64,000 bases of DNA from Crocinitomicaceae bacterium (lineage in GTDB: Bacteria > Bacteroidota > Bacteroidia > Flavobacteriales_D > Crocinitomicaceae). The notes beneath the pieces were generated by a model. It was not told the DNA's origin, ran no database searches, and saw only the letters and a program-made list of their open reading frames with translations. Below, in pieces: positions 21,761 through 32,926 of this stretch. Location: NCBI GenBank assembly GCA_029252405.1, contig JAQXBM010000052.1, forward strand, positions 1,156 through 65,155, read 5' to 3'. Within the stretch, counting starts at the first letter, position 1. Every line of letters begins with the position of its first letter. The translations under genes were made by a program, and so were the position numbers.

Positions 21761-23791
21761 ATGAAAAAGCCATTTGAACGCATTATTACGGTAATGTTCG
21801 AGAATCAATACAGGAACTACGTTATTTCCAACCCTTTTCTCAAAAAGTTAGCCTCTGCGGGAGCAGATATGACCAACTACTTCGGTGCATTTCACCCTTC
21901 CCAAACGAATTACCTAGCTTCTTTCTCGGGCGAAATATGCAGCACTACCAATGACACGGCTCCAACCGCACCATTGATGCAGAAAACGCTCGTTGACCTT
22001 TTGGAAGAAAAAAATGTCAGTTGGAAAGCATACATGGAGGCTTATCCAAACGAGCCATGGAACCCTGCTTGGAAAAGCCCAAAATATCCGGCAAGTGATG
22101 CGCCAATTGCACAGTTTCCGCCTGCCGGAGCAAAGGACTTGTCACGCTATTACCGAAAGCACAACGCCTTTGCCTCGTTTCACAGCGTTCAAAAGGAAGA
22201 AGCACGATGGAAAAAGATCGTCAACGACTCAGAGTTTTGGGGTGATGTTGCCGCAAATTCTCTTCCTGAATACAGCTGGTTTACCCCTGATATTTGGAAT
22301 GATGGGCACTATTTGTACAACACGCATATCGACACGAACCCAAGAACGCAGCTTGTTCCTCAATTATCGTCTTGGCTAGAACATGTATTTTTTGGGAATC
22401 TCACGCCCGACGAAATTCAAGGGGGAACGGACACTGGTGTAAGTACCATTGGACTCAATTTGGACGTTGATTTGCTCCTAACTGACCCGAAGAAAGCATG
22501 GGAACAATCGAATGTGCCGAGCGGTACGTTAATCGTTGTTACGTTTGATGAAGCTGATTATGATGCTGCGGGATACGACACAATGTATGATGGCCCCAAC
22601 CAAATATACACGGTTCTTTTGGGTGATATGATTGAAGCTGGAACAGAGATTTCTACTCCATACAATCACTACAACCTTATCCGCACGGTACAGGAGAATT
22701 TTCAATTGAATTCTCTCGAGAAGAATGATCATGGAGCGAACTGGTTCCGCTTCCTGTGGAACGAACGTTTCTCATGGGATAAAACGACACCAACAAAGTT
22801 TACTGTTGGAAATCAACTTGCCATTACAAACGGTTCAAACGGAGAATATTTGGTGTATTCAAACTCGGGCGGTCAACTATTTAGCAGTATTTTAACGAAC
22901 TCTGCCTGGAGTGCCCCACATGAGTTAAGCATTAACACTGCTGGACCAATCGCTATGGGAACCATTGGAAATACGACAACTTTAGTTTACACCGACAGCA
23001 ATAAAGAGTTGTTTCAAGCGACCTACGACAGTGTTAAAAACCAATGGTCCAAATCGAGCTCCTTGAATGTAAAGTCCTTAGGAAGTATTGCGTTAACAGC
23101 GTACACGGATGTATTGAGTTCCTCTCAAAAAATGATGCTCTGTTGGGTTTCAGAAAATGGGTTTATTCAGTCCATGGATGGCGATGCGAATGGGTTCTCA
23201 GGAACCATTGTTCCAGTATACCAGCTGACCGACGGAAACATGACCTTAGGACAAGTTGGAGCTTCACTCTTTTTAGTTTACAAAGAAAGAAACACTCGAA
23301 AGATGCGCATAACATCGTACAATACAGCGCCATACAACGCCTTCGAAGCACATGATTTTAGCGGTGCAAAAGCACCACTTAACAACACCACAATTGGCAA
23401 GTGGTCCGTGACTGATTATTCAGTTGGTCACTTCTCTAAAAAAATGGCTGCCTTTGCCGAGGAATATCAAAATTTGGGGCACTTAACGATGGCAACTTTG
23501 TCTGGAGAAATGCACCTAGTTCATCGTGGCGGATATCAAGATACTTCCAACGCCTATACTGAGCTCTTCGGACTTACGGGGATCTATTCTGCTGCCAATC
23601 AGTACTCAAATGGCTATGGGACTTTGAACCAAGCCGGATGGACGATAGAAGAAGAATTACCGGGAATAGAAATCGGTGTTGACAGTCCTATCGCGATGTG
23701 TTCTAACGGATCTTCACTTACGCTTGTTTGGGCGGACGAGAAGAGTAAAACCCTCCTGTTTACACAAGGAAAATACGCTACCAAAAAATAA
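21761..23791 (+). CDS. phosphoesterase-family (AcpA/PLC-like) domain fused to a C-terminal repeat (propeller-like) domain
   Basis: N-terminal half: VMFENQYRNY, HPSQTNYL, DIWNDGH, VVTFDEADYD. C-terminal about 340 aa: six or more repeats of the type xxLVYxxxxxxLFxxxY. No signal peptide is visible. Confidence 0.65.
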   Translation: MKKPFERIITVMFENQYRNYVISNPFLKKLASAGADMTNYFGAFHPSQTNYLASFSGEICSTTNDTAPTAPLMQKTLVDLLEEKNVSWKAYMEAYPNEPWNPAWKSPKYPASDAPIAQFPPAGAKDLSRYYRKHNAFASFHSVQKEEARWKKIVNDSEFWGDVAANSLPEYSWFTPDIWNDGHYLYNTHIDTNPRTQLVPQLSSWLEHVFFGNLTPDEIQGGTDTGVSTIGLNLDVDLLLTDPKKAWEQSNVPSGTLIVVTFDEADYDAAGYDTMYDGPNQIYTVLLGDMIEAGTEISTPYNHYNLIRTVQENFQLNSLEKNDHGANWFRFLWNERFSWDKTTPTKFTVGNQLAITNGSNGEYLVYSNSGGQLFSSILTNSAWSAPHELSINTAGPIAMGTIGNTTTLVYTDSNKELFQATYDSVKNQWSKSSSLNVKSLGSIALTAYTDVLSSSQKMMLCWVSENGFIQSMDGDANGFSGTIVPVYQLTDGNMTLGQVGASLFLVYKERNTRKMRITSYNTAPYNAFEAHDFSGAKAPLNNTTIGKWSVTDYSVGHFSKKMAAFAEEYQNLGHLTMATLSGEMHLVHRGGYQDTSNAYTELFGLTGIYSAANQYSNGYGTLNQAGWTIEEELPGIEIGVDSPIAMCSNGSSLTLVWADEKSKTLLFTQGKYATKK

Positions 23792-23820
23792 AAACTAAGA
23801 TAAAGCCGCAGAAGCGTTCT

Positions 23821-23853
23821 ATCCCTGTAGTTTTAATACGGCAGGGATTTTTT
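23821..23853 (+). terminator. rho-independent terminator
   Basis: atccctg-(14 nt)-cagggat followed by tttttt. Confidence 0.6.
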
Positions 23854-24254
23854 AGTTCTGGAACTCACGTTTCACTCATCAAAACTATCAATGAGCTTCT
23901 CTAAAGCTTCGTCAATCTTACTCACTGCGCAGGAAATCTCTGAGTCCAAGAGGTATGCGCAGCAGTTCAATTAAACCTTGTCGGGGATGAAGAATGGGGA
24001 ATAAATTGGCCGTTTAAACGAGAACAGATGGAGATGACACCAAAGATGAATGAAATAGGACGGATTGAAGACCTCACCACGTGGAGAAGTTTAGGGTAAG
24101 TGAAAAAGAATAGTGTAAGAATGAAAGGTAGAGTTGGACTAAAAATCAGGTTTAAACACACAGAAACGCAGCTAATTATTCTCAAACACGAGATGTTTTA
24201 CCTCTCGCATCACGTAAGTTGGGAATTCTCCCACTATTTTTTGAATCTTTGAAC

Positions 24255-25301
24255 ATGTCAAATCCACGAAAGATATTGGTTGTTGGCGCTGGACTTTCTG
24301 GTGTCAGTGTTTCCATTCAATTGCTCCGCAAAGGAGTTGACGTTGTTCTCGTAGATAACGGTACAAATGCAAGTTCGATTATAGCCGCAGGAATCATGAA
24401 TCCACTTGTCTTTCGAAGAATGACAAAGGGTTGGCGCGTGGATGATTTCGTTCCAAGCTCAAAAGAATACTATGCTTCCATTGAAGCAGAAACGAACACC
24501 TCCTTCTTTCATACGCTACCGATGCGCCGGATGTTTTCCACTGAGCACGAGAGAGAGTTGTGGTTAAAAAAACAAGTGCGAGAAGATTTTCAGGACTACA
24601 TGACACCACTTGAATCATCGGACGACACCTACAACCGTTGCATTAACCAATTTGGATCGGGAAGGATCAAAAACGCGTTTACCGTTAACCCTTCAGTTTT
24701 TCTAAGCGCAGCAAAGCAACTAATTGAGGCAAAAGGCTCCATTATCAACGAACTATTCGATTACGCTGAGTTGAGCGGAACGACCTACCGTGGAGCGCAA
24801 TACGACGACATCATTTTTTGTGAAGGTTACCTTGGAATGAACAACCCGTGGTTTTCGTTTTTACCCATCAACCCAACGAAAGGGGAAGTACTAACGGTAC
24901 ATTCTGAAAAGCTCCCAGAAGATGAATCGCTGAACAGAAAATGCTTCAACCTTCCTCTTGGTGACAAGAAATTCAAAATTGGTTCAACCATCGATTGGAA
25001 CAATACTTCCCTAGAAATTACTGAGGAGGGAAAGGCAGAAATCCTGAAAAACCTTTCGTACATTATCGAAGAAGAAGTGGATGTTTTGAGTCATCAGGCA
25101 GGAATTCGACCTGGGTCAAAAGATCGTCGTCCATTTATTGGAACACATCCCGAACATGCTAATTATCACGTTTTTAATGGCTTGGGATCGAAAGGTTATT
25201 TGCTCTGTCCGCAGCTATCAAAAGAATTGGTTGATTGGATCATTGAAGGGAAAGAACTTGATCCTGAAGTTCGAATTGAGCGCTATTACCCTAAGGCATA
25301 G
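24255..25301 (+). CDS. FAD-dependent oxidoreductase (DAO family)
   Basis: ATG at 24255 gives MSNPRKILVVGAGLSGVSVSIQL (Rossmann fold). C-terminal GLGSKGYLLCP motif. Confidence 0.8.
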   Translation: MSNPRKILVVGAGLSGVSVSIQLLRKGVDVVLVDNGTNASSIIAAGIMNPLVFRRMTKGWRVDDFVPSSKEYYASIEAETNTSFFHTLPMRRMFSTEHERELWLKKQVREDFQDYMTPLESSDDTYNRCINQFGSGRIKNAFTVNPSVFLSAAKQLIEAKGSIINELFDYAELSGTTYRGAQYDDIIFCEGYLGMNNPWFSFLPINPTKGEVLTVHSEKLPEDESLNRKCFNLPLGDKKFKIGSTIDWNNTSLEITEEGKAEILKNLSYIIEEEVDVLSHQAGIRPGSKDRRPFIGTHPEHANYHVFNGLGSKGYLLCPQLSKELVDWIIEGKELDPEVRIERYYPKA

Positions 25302-25410
25302 GGTTCGTGCCAATTTTTCTGATGCCGTTAACAAAAACTAAATTTAAGTTACCTAGGAAGATAAATCGCTGTAGAATCGTATCTTTGTATAAATTATTAA
25401 ACATAGATAT

Positions 25411-25827
25411 ATGTATCCACCAGAATTAGTTCAACCAATGAAGGAAGATTTAACGAGCGTAGGTTTTACAAACCTTACAGCTCCTTCAGACGTTGATGAA
25501 ATCATAAAAAATACAGAAGGATCACTATTGGTCGTAGTAAATTCAGTGTGCGGTTGTGCAGCGGGAAATATGCGTCCAGGGGTGAAGTTGTCATTAAGCA
25601 ACGATGTGAAACCAGCAGCTTTGGCAACGGTTTTCGCAGGTGTTGACGGTGAGGCGACGAACCAAGCACGTAAATATTTCCTTCCTTACCCTCCATCTTC
25701 TCCAGCAATTGCGTTGTTCAAAGATGGTAAGTTGGTTCATTTCTTAGAAAGACACCACATTGAAGGAGGTACAGCGCAAATGATTGCTGATAACTTAGCA
25801 GAAGCGTACCAAGAGTTTTGCAACTAG
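25411..25827 (+). CDS. BrxA/BrxB-family bacilliredoxin (DUF1094)
   Basis: MYPPELVQPMKEDLT..., VVNSVCGCAAGNMRP, and a C-terminal ..HHIEG.. pattern. Confidence 0.8.
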   Translation: MYPPELVQPMKEDLTSVGFTNLTAPSDVDEIIKNTEGSLLVVVNSVCGCAAGNMRPGVKLSLSNDVKPAALATVFAGVDGEATNQARKYFLPYPPSSPAIALFKDGKLVHFLERHHIEGGTAQMIADNLAEAYQEFCN

Positions 25828-25929
25828 TATTTAGTTCAACTTAATTATTGAAGGGAAGGCAATTGAATTTGTTTTCTCTTTTTTTGTTTGATCGTTCTAA
25901 ACGATTTGAATATCGTAAACGGTTTCAGC

Positions 25930-27315
25930 TTACCGCAAACATCTAGAAACTCCATCATTGTCTTGGCTCGCCAACCCAAATCGGTAACCGCTCGCATCGT
26001 CATCCGCTCCAAGCTCCAAACCAGCTGCTGAAGTCGTTGTCCCGTCTTCTTCGTTTGTAACAAATCGCACACAGGCATCGAAGATGATGTTCTTTGGATC
26101 GTTGAAATACGGATTTTCAGGATCCGCAGGTTGCCAAGGCACGCAATGGAAACTAAAATAGGCGTCTGAATCATCGCTTTCACCTAAAGAGCTCATTGTA
26201 TCTTCAATGGTTTTTCCTATCGCCTTTATCGTATTAAGCGAAAACTTGTTTCGTTCCTGGGTGTCTGGCAGTGAATAATCAGTGCAATCTGTTGCCTGCA
26301 AGTTTCCAATCAACAAATTCCCTCCAAGCAGGTTGGTCATTGTCGCCACAATCAGCGCACAATCTACGCAGTTCACATTATCACTGGTACCGTTTCCTCC
26401 ATTCAAGCGCTCAATGACCTTCTATAGGAACAAGCACATCATTTTATAATCGACATCCAGGGTGATTTTTTGCAGTTTTTCTGGGGGCGTGTCGTCGCTA
26501 TAGTCTGAGTTTTCGCTGTATTCAAAAATAGATGACTCGTTTAACTTGTCAGCGATTTTTCTACCAGCTTGTCTTATGTTTTTTGCACCTCTTGCCCATT
26601 CACAAGAAATTGATAAAGCTTCGGTCCAAATGGGGCTTTTCGTAAAGTCTCCATTGTAGATATTTCTAAACGGTCTGTCCGTCCATGGAGATTTGGGAAC
26701 TGAAAGAACCAAAAAGATCCGATGCTTCGAAGTTCTTATGTTCTTCCATTTATCATCGAGTGGAGCACTCTCACCTGAAGTCAATTCTTGGTATTGCCAA
26801 TTCAAAATTACGTCGAACACACCCACTCCAGCTTCAGCGAACTTGGAATTTATAATCTTCATAGGAATGTTGCTGTCAATGTTATCAATGATAGATTGAC
26901 CTGTAAGGCCTATGCTTAATCGTTTGTATTCGACCTCACCAAAAACATCCTTTGCATATTCACTACCAATAAATACTGGAAAGACCGTTTCCTCGCTAAT
27001 TGCTTTTTCTGGAGTAATTGGAACGGCGCGAACATAAATGTCTTTTCCCTTAAACTCTTCCGACAGAAATCGCGCCCATATACTAAGCCCACGATCAGCA
27101 ATTGCTGCTTTGGTATCTTCAATTGAATAAGCGGCATAAGAGAAGTTTCTCGGAATCCATGATGGTGAAAAAGGATAAAACAACAATGAACTCGTCGTAT
27201 GATCCGAGTCTTGGTATGAAAAATCGATGCTCTGAAGTTGAACAACTTCAATTTCTGCTTCTGGGAGAATTGTTTCAGACATAATGCTGTGTAAAATTGC
27301 CCCTTTAAGCATCAA
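25930..27315 (-). pseudogene. transglutaminase-like (papain-fold Cys-His-Asp) protein interrupted by one in-frame TAG
   Basis: ORFs 27315..26422 and 26406..25930 share a frame (27315-26406=909). They are separated by TAG (26422-26424) and 5 sense codons (..MCLFL*KVIERLNGGNG..), and the second ORF has only a TTG pseudo-start. Putative triad: CVDCALIVATMTNLLGG, FSFHCVPW, IIFDACV. Confidence 0.5.
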
Positions 27316-27343
27316 ACCTAAAGGAGCAGTTGTAAATAAATGC

Positions 27344-27715
27344 TTACGGTCGTGTTAAGTCTGCGGCTTTTCTGTCAACATTTACAAATGTATATTCAGC
27401 TCCTACTTCCCATCCTCCTTCAGGATTATCTAACTCTACGGTTGAGGTTAGTCCGGTGTTAGCTGTATGTGTAACATCAAGCTTTTTAACTCCTCCTAAA
27501 TCAACGATGATACCTGTACCTCTTCCATTAATGACTCTTGTTGCGGTCGTACCGTCATGATCTACTTCAACTATATCATATTGATGTAGTTCAGTTCCAG
27601 TATCGTTTTGAATATCTGTTGTTTCTGATTCTTCTATATCGGGCGATTGATACACGTAGGCCTGAACCGAGTCTCCTTGACCTGCACTTCCACCTATAAT
27701 TGTTCCATTTGGCAT
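27344..27715 (-). CDS. hypothetical 123-aa protein
   Basis: ATG ORF immediately upstream of the transglutaminase-like gene on the same strand. Gly/Thr-rich and probably beta-rich. Confidence 0.45.
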   Translation of the reverse strand: MPNGTIIGGSAGQGDSVQAYVYQSPDIEESETTDIQNDTGTELHQYDIVEVDHDGTTATRVINGRGTGIIVDLGGVKKLDVTHTANTGLTSTVELDNPEGGWEVGAEYTFVNVDRKAADLTRP

Positions 27716-27981
27716 AATAAAATGTTTTGAGTTAAATAATAATTCGTTTCGTTCAAAAAAGTTATTTAATGATAACTATCCTTGAATATGTTGTGAAACT
27801 GGGAATAAAATAACTGTCGAAACAAGACAAGTCACGAATGAACCTTTTTATGTTATTAAACCATTCATTTGTGTCACCCAGATTGCAAAGTACTTAAGTC
27901 GTCCGAGGCAAAAGTACCGTCTGACCGAATAGATTTTGATTATATTTCGTCATACTTAATGAATGGATACCACATTTAGCC

Positions 27982-30900
27982 ATGGATAAAAATTGTTTTT
28001 CTTATCACGCGCACCTGCGATGGCTTACTGCAATAGTTCTTCTATTTTGTTTTCAGAACCAACTGAATGCTCAACAAGGACGACCTTTCATTTCTAACTA
28101 TCCCCCAGTCTCTTACGCCTCGAACGATTACATTTCTAGTCCTCAAAACTGGTGTGTTGGAGAAGATAACAAGGGAAGAATAGTTGTTGCCAACACTTCT
28201 GGAATGTTGGTCTATGACGGAATGGCATGGCAAATGATCTCTGGAACGGAAAACAAATCACTCTTTAAATTCTCCACAGATAGGGAGGGACAAATCTTTA
28301 CTGCCGGAGATGGTGAAATTGGCGTGATAAAAGTGGGCGACAAGGGAGAGTTGGTCTTTCACTCACTTTTGAATGAGCTGAAAGCTGAGGATCGAGAATT
28401 TGGCAAAATATTCAATGTGGTTTCGCACGATGGCGCGGTCTATTTTCGCTCTAGTAGTCATCTAATTCGTTATTTCAACGGCAGCTTCAAAACATGGACA
28501 AGCGATACTGGTAAATTTATCAAATTAGTCAGTAGTTCGGCGGGAGTCTTTGTTTCCAAAAAGCAAAATTGGTATCAAATTAAAGGAGATGATCTTCAGG
28601 AAATTGCGAACTCAATGAACGGTGATCTCCCCAATTGGAGGGCTGTGTTTCAGGGACCTGGAGACAGTCTTCTGATTGCAACCAAGAACAATGGTTTTTA
28701 CCATTTGCATGACAAAAATGTCTCTGCTATCCAAAACGATTTTAGTAAGCTTACAATCAAAAATGGATGTCAGATTTCGGAAGGAGAATTTGCCTTAAGT
28801 ACAGACGAAAAAGGAATTATTATTGTTGACCGTGATGGTACTGTGAATCATGTAATTTACGAAGCGAGCGGTTTAAGTTCAAACTCGGCTATTTTTCCAT
28901 ACTTCAACAATGGTGCTTTATGGGTGGCCATGAATTCTGGCGTGAGCAAAATTGAGTATCCGCTAAGAACGACATTGGTCGACAAAGCGAACGGATTAGA
29001 CAACATTCCGTTAAGTACTCTAAAAATTCAAGACCGTTTATTTATTGGAACTTACAGTGGCGCTTACTGGATGAAAGGTCAGTCTGACCAAAATAAACTG
29101 ATTAGAATAAATGACCAAGAAAAATCAATCTTTGCTGCCATCGAGTTAAATAAGCGTCTTATAGCATCAACAGCGGATGATGGTTTTATTGTTATTAATG
29201 AAGACGATGATGTTTTCGAAGTAAAGAACTCATCCAGTGGCGCTTGCTATAGCATCATCCCAAACTCAAAGTCGAAGAATTCAGTTTACGTCGGTTACGA
29301 CAACCTGATCATCCCTTATGAAATTGGATAAACGAGCGCAACGAAACTTTCCGAACCTATTAATATTCCTCATTGGATTTATTCCATGGCCGAAACAAGC
29401 GACGGAAATCTGTGGGCTGCCTATGATGGTATTTCTCATGTGGATTTTTCAAAAGGATACGAAAACCAATCAGTTACTACCCTCGACAGTTTGAATGGGT
29501 TTACCTCAGAAATGCAACCTGTAGAGGTGGTCAAAGTGGGTGAAAAAGTGCTGTTTGGAACTCAAATTGGACTTTATACGTACGATCACAGCGCAAACAA
29601 ACTCGTTCCAAGTTCCATTTTCGGTAAACGCTTTTGTGATGGTTCCACCCCAATTGAAAACATCGCAGAAACGCGTAATGGAGACGTTTGGATCACCATT
29701 TTTACAGGCACGGGAATTCTTCGAAAACAAGCCAACAATTCCTTTGACTACGATTCTCTTCCCATTCGACACGTACCTATTACAGGCGTTTGGGACATTT
29801 ATGAAGATGAAGACGCCATCGTTTGGGTTTGCGGAACAGAAGCAATTGTTCGTTACGATCCAAATGTAGATTTTGACTACAAAACGCCTTACAAATCATT
29901 TATCCGAAGTGTCGTTGTAAACGATAAGGATGAAATCTTCAGTGGGAACTACGCAGACGAAAACGGTTTTCCTATCACTCATCAGCCTAAGGAGGATATT
30001 CCCGTCTTGGGCTACGATCAGAACTCCATTACCTTTAAATTTGGCGCCGCCAGCTATGACAAAGGTCGCGCCTTGGAATTCAGCGTCAAGCTGGAAGGCA
30101 AAGATGCGGAATGGTCAACCTGGAGGACATCTGGCGAGATGAGTTACAACAACCTTCCCGAGGGTCGCTACACCTTCAAAGTGCGCTCGAAAAACATCTA
30201 CGGAAACATTAGTGAAGAAGCGTTTATACGTTTGAAATATCTCCTCCTTGGTATCGAACGACGCTGGCTTACATTGGATTCATCATTGGGGGAATTTTAC
30301 TGCTCTACCTCATTGTTAAATTGAACTCTATCCGTCTGAAGCGTGAGAACTTGAAACTTGAGGGAATCATCACGGAACGCACTGCCGAGGTTCGACAACA
30401 AAAAGAGCGAGCTGAACAAAGCGAAGCCTTCAAACAGCAATTCTTGGCGAACATGAGCCACGAAATTCGCACACCAATGAACGCGGTGATGGGAATGACG
30501 AATTTGGTGTTGGACACACCACTCGAACCCAAGCAAAAAGATTACATGGAAGGCATTAAAAAGTCTTCTGACACGCTTTTGCACATCATCAACGATATTC
30601 TTGAACTCTCGAAAATTGAGGCGGGCAAAATGGAATTGGAAGAAATTGATTTTTCACTATCTGATAGTGTTGATCAAGTCAAGAAAACCTTGCAGCACCG
30701 AGCAACTGAGAAAGGACTCGAACTGATGGTTTCCATCAAGCCAGAAGTGAGCGATATTGTTCTTGGCGATCCTGTTCGTTTGAATCAGATCTTGATTAAC
30801 CTCGCTGGAAATGCGATTAAGTTCACCGAAAAAGGAAGTGTGGTGATTGAAGTCACGAAAGAGTCTAAAGGAATCAAGTTTGCCATTGTCGATACAGGCG

Positions 30901-31430
30901 TGGGAATTCCCGAAGACAAACTAAAAACGGTATTTGAAAATTTCTCTCAGGCCAATGCTTCTGACACTCGGAAATTTGGCGGAACGGGTCTTGGATTAAG
31001 CATTTCTCGCCAATTGGTTGAAATGATGGGAGGTGGAATTTCCATTGAAAGCAAGGTTGGGTCCGGTACGACGTTCTCATTTATTGTAGATGATGATGAA
31101 ATGTTGACAATGGCAATGTCGGATCATCTAACAAAGGACACTGCGCATGACATCTCTGTTTTTCATACAGGAGAAGAGGCAGTGAAAAACTTGAATGAAA
31201 ATCCTGACGTTGTTATTCTTGATTACTTCCTAAACACCATTGACAAGGACGCTGCAAATGGACTAGAGGTCTTGAAAGCGATCAAACAACACCTTCCGAA
31301 TACGCAGTTCATCATGTTGTCGAGTCAAGAAAGCTACGGAACAGCAGCACAGACAATTCAACACGGAGCAGAGCAATACGTTATTAAGGACGAAGATGCT
31401 TTTGATAAAATTGCTAAACTAATCCGTTAG
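27982..31430 (+). pseudogene. hybrid sensor histidine kinase (beta-propeller/Y_Y_Y periplasmic sensor, HisKA, HATPase, REC) with an in-frame TAA and a frameshift
   Basis: 27982..29331 and 29386..30324 are in one frame, separated by TAA at 29329-29331 (..PYEIG*TSATKL..). The Y_Y_Y region (LPEGRYTFKVRSKNIYGN) is followed by a frame change near 30216-30235. The next frame encodes ISPPWYRTTLAYIGFIIGGILLLYL (TM), then HisKA (FLANMSHEIRTPMN), HATPase (GTGLGLSISRQLVEMMGG) and REC. Confidence 0.7.
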
Positions 31431-31442
31431 GATTTTTCGCGA

Positions 31443-32189
31443 CTACCTTACTTTTTGGATACGATTGAGGAGTAATTCCTTCGTTTCTTTCGAAAGGGGA
31501 ATTTCGTATTCCTGAATCGTCAAGTATTTTGAATGGATTGAATCGATGTACTTCAAATTCACGTAATAAGATCTGTGAACGCGGAGCATTTCCTTTCTGT
31601 TCTCCAAAAAATCAAAATCTTTCAAGGTTGCTCTGAGCACAATTCGCTCTTTTTTCAACTGCACTTTTGTGTAGCTTCCTTCGCCTTTCACATACAACAA
31701 ATCATCCATCACGATTTTCTGATAGGCATGTTCACTTTTCATAAAAAAGGAATCTTCACCGAGCGTATCTTCGTTCTCTGTTACTTGCGGCGCCTCTTTG
31801 CTCAGAGCCAGTTTCACACTCACGATTAAATCGTCAGGCTTGCAGGGCTTGTTGAGAATCGAGTGAGGAACCTCATCCAACACTTCCGACATCGTTTTGG
31901 GATCTATGTTAGACGAAATGAATAGAAATGGAATCTTCCATCGATCGTATATCTCTCGTGCCACATCGATACCCGTTCCTGGACCATTCAGTCGAATATC
32001 CAGTATAACAAGGTCTGGCAGGTTCTTTCTTAAGCTGAGCAAAGCCTTTTCGTATGAGTCGACAACATCCGTGATTTCAAAATCGAATTCCTTCAGAGTC
32101 GATTAAAGATCTTCTGCGATGTTTTTCCAGAATTCAAGCTCAACCTCAAAAATGACAAAATCATCAGGCCCAATGTCGAGGTTCCTGAA
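31443..32189 (-). pseudogene. LytTR-family response regulator with degenerate receiver N-terminus and an in-frame TAA
   Basis: The C-terminal LytTR domain is intact (..VHRSYYVNLKYIDS..). The ORF has only a TTG pseudo-start. The in-frame upstream sequence reads ..FVIFEVELEFWKNIAEDL*STLKEFDFEI.. with TAA at 32103-32105, and there is no ATG. Confidence 0.6.
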
Positions 32190-32455
32190 TCAGGTTATGC
32201 CAATATGTGGATCATCTCAGAAAAGAATCTGAACACACACATGACGAAGTTAAAAGTGGGGGAAAAGTGCTTCTTCCTCAACGGAAAAAAACTGATTGCA
32301 GAATGCGAAATCGTTGAAATTAACTTGAATGGAAACCCTGCCACTAACGAACAAGAACGAGTTCATGACATCAAACCTGTGTTTCATGACATGTCTCAAT
32401 TAAGCGCATAAAAACGAACTAATATTACATTATAAACTTATTAATACTCCTCATT

Positions 32456-32638
32456 ATGAAAAATTTAAACACACTCAAAGCGATAACATTTTCACTGTTC
32501 ATTTCATTCGGAACTGCAGTAACAGGTCAAACAATTTCAAACGATCATTCAGCATTTGTAAAATGTCGGACGATAATAAGCGTGACGCAAACGCAACAAG
32601 ATAGATTTTGCTGTCTGCAGGCTATTCAAACGAAATGA
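32456..32638 (+). CDS. small secreted peptide (60 aa), hypothetical
   Basis: Signal-like N-terminus MKNLNTLKAITFSLFISFGTAVTGQ. No homology is recognised. Confidence 0.3.
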   Translation: MKNLNTLKAITFSLFISFGTAVTGQTISNDHSAFVKCRTIISVTQTQQDRFCCLQAIQTK

Positions 32639-32881
32639 TGAACGATCTTTTTGGACATGATAATTTTTACTTTCCAACGGACGAAGAAAACCTCAATACC
32701 ACTATCTATATCGTTGATTAATTGATTGAGAACGATCAATACGAAGAGTCGGACAAGGTAACGCTTATTCAACTTGCTAAAAGTGCTTACTCCATTTACG
32801 AAGGCACTTCAAATGCACAAGCCGTTCGATCAACATTGACAAACGATTTGGAAAAATAGTTTTCCAAAGTTCTAAATCTCA

Positions 32882-32916
32882 AAAGCCATTGTTCATAGCA
32901 GTGGCTTTTTTCTTTT
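32882..32916. terminator. bidirectional terminator
   Basis: aaagccattg-ttcatag-cagtggctttttt lies between a plus-strand unit and the minus-strand phhB end. Confidence 0.5.
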
Positions 32917-32926
32917 TTGATCTTTC

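Noticed and set aside
23860-24218. Small ORFs in the 0.4-kb gap: the 72-aa ORF at 23967..24185 (minus strand) and a 32-codon Cys-containing frame ending near 23873.
   Set aside because: They have low-complexity or hydrophobic composition, no start or promoter context and no motif. The region is treated as intergenic.
2647-32189. Possibility that TAG or TAA is reassigned to a sense codon in this organism, which would explain the in-frame stops.
   Set aside because: TAG and TAA clearly terminate many well-defined genes here. TAG ends genes at 1208, 13988, 15268, 18641 and 20633, and TAA ends nrdA, nrdB and others. Global reassignment is therefore not supported.
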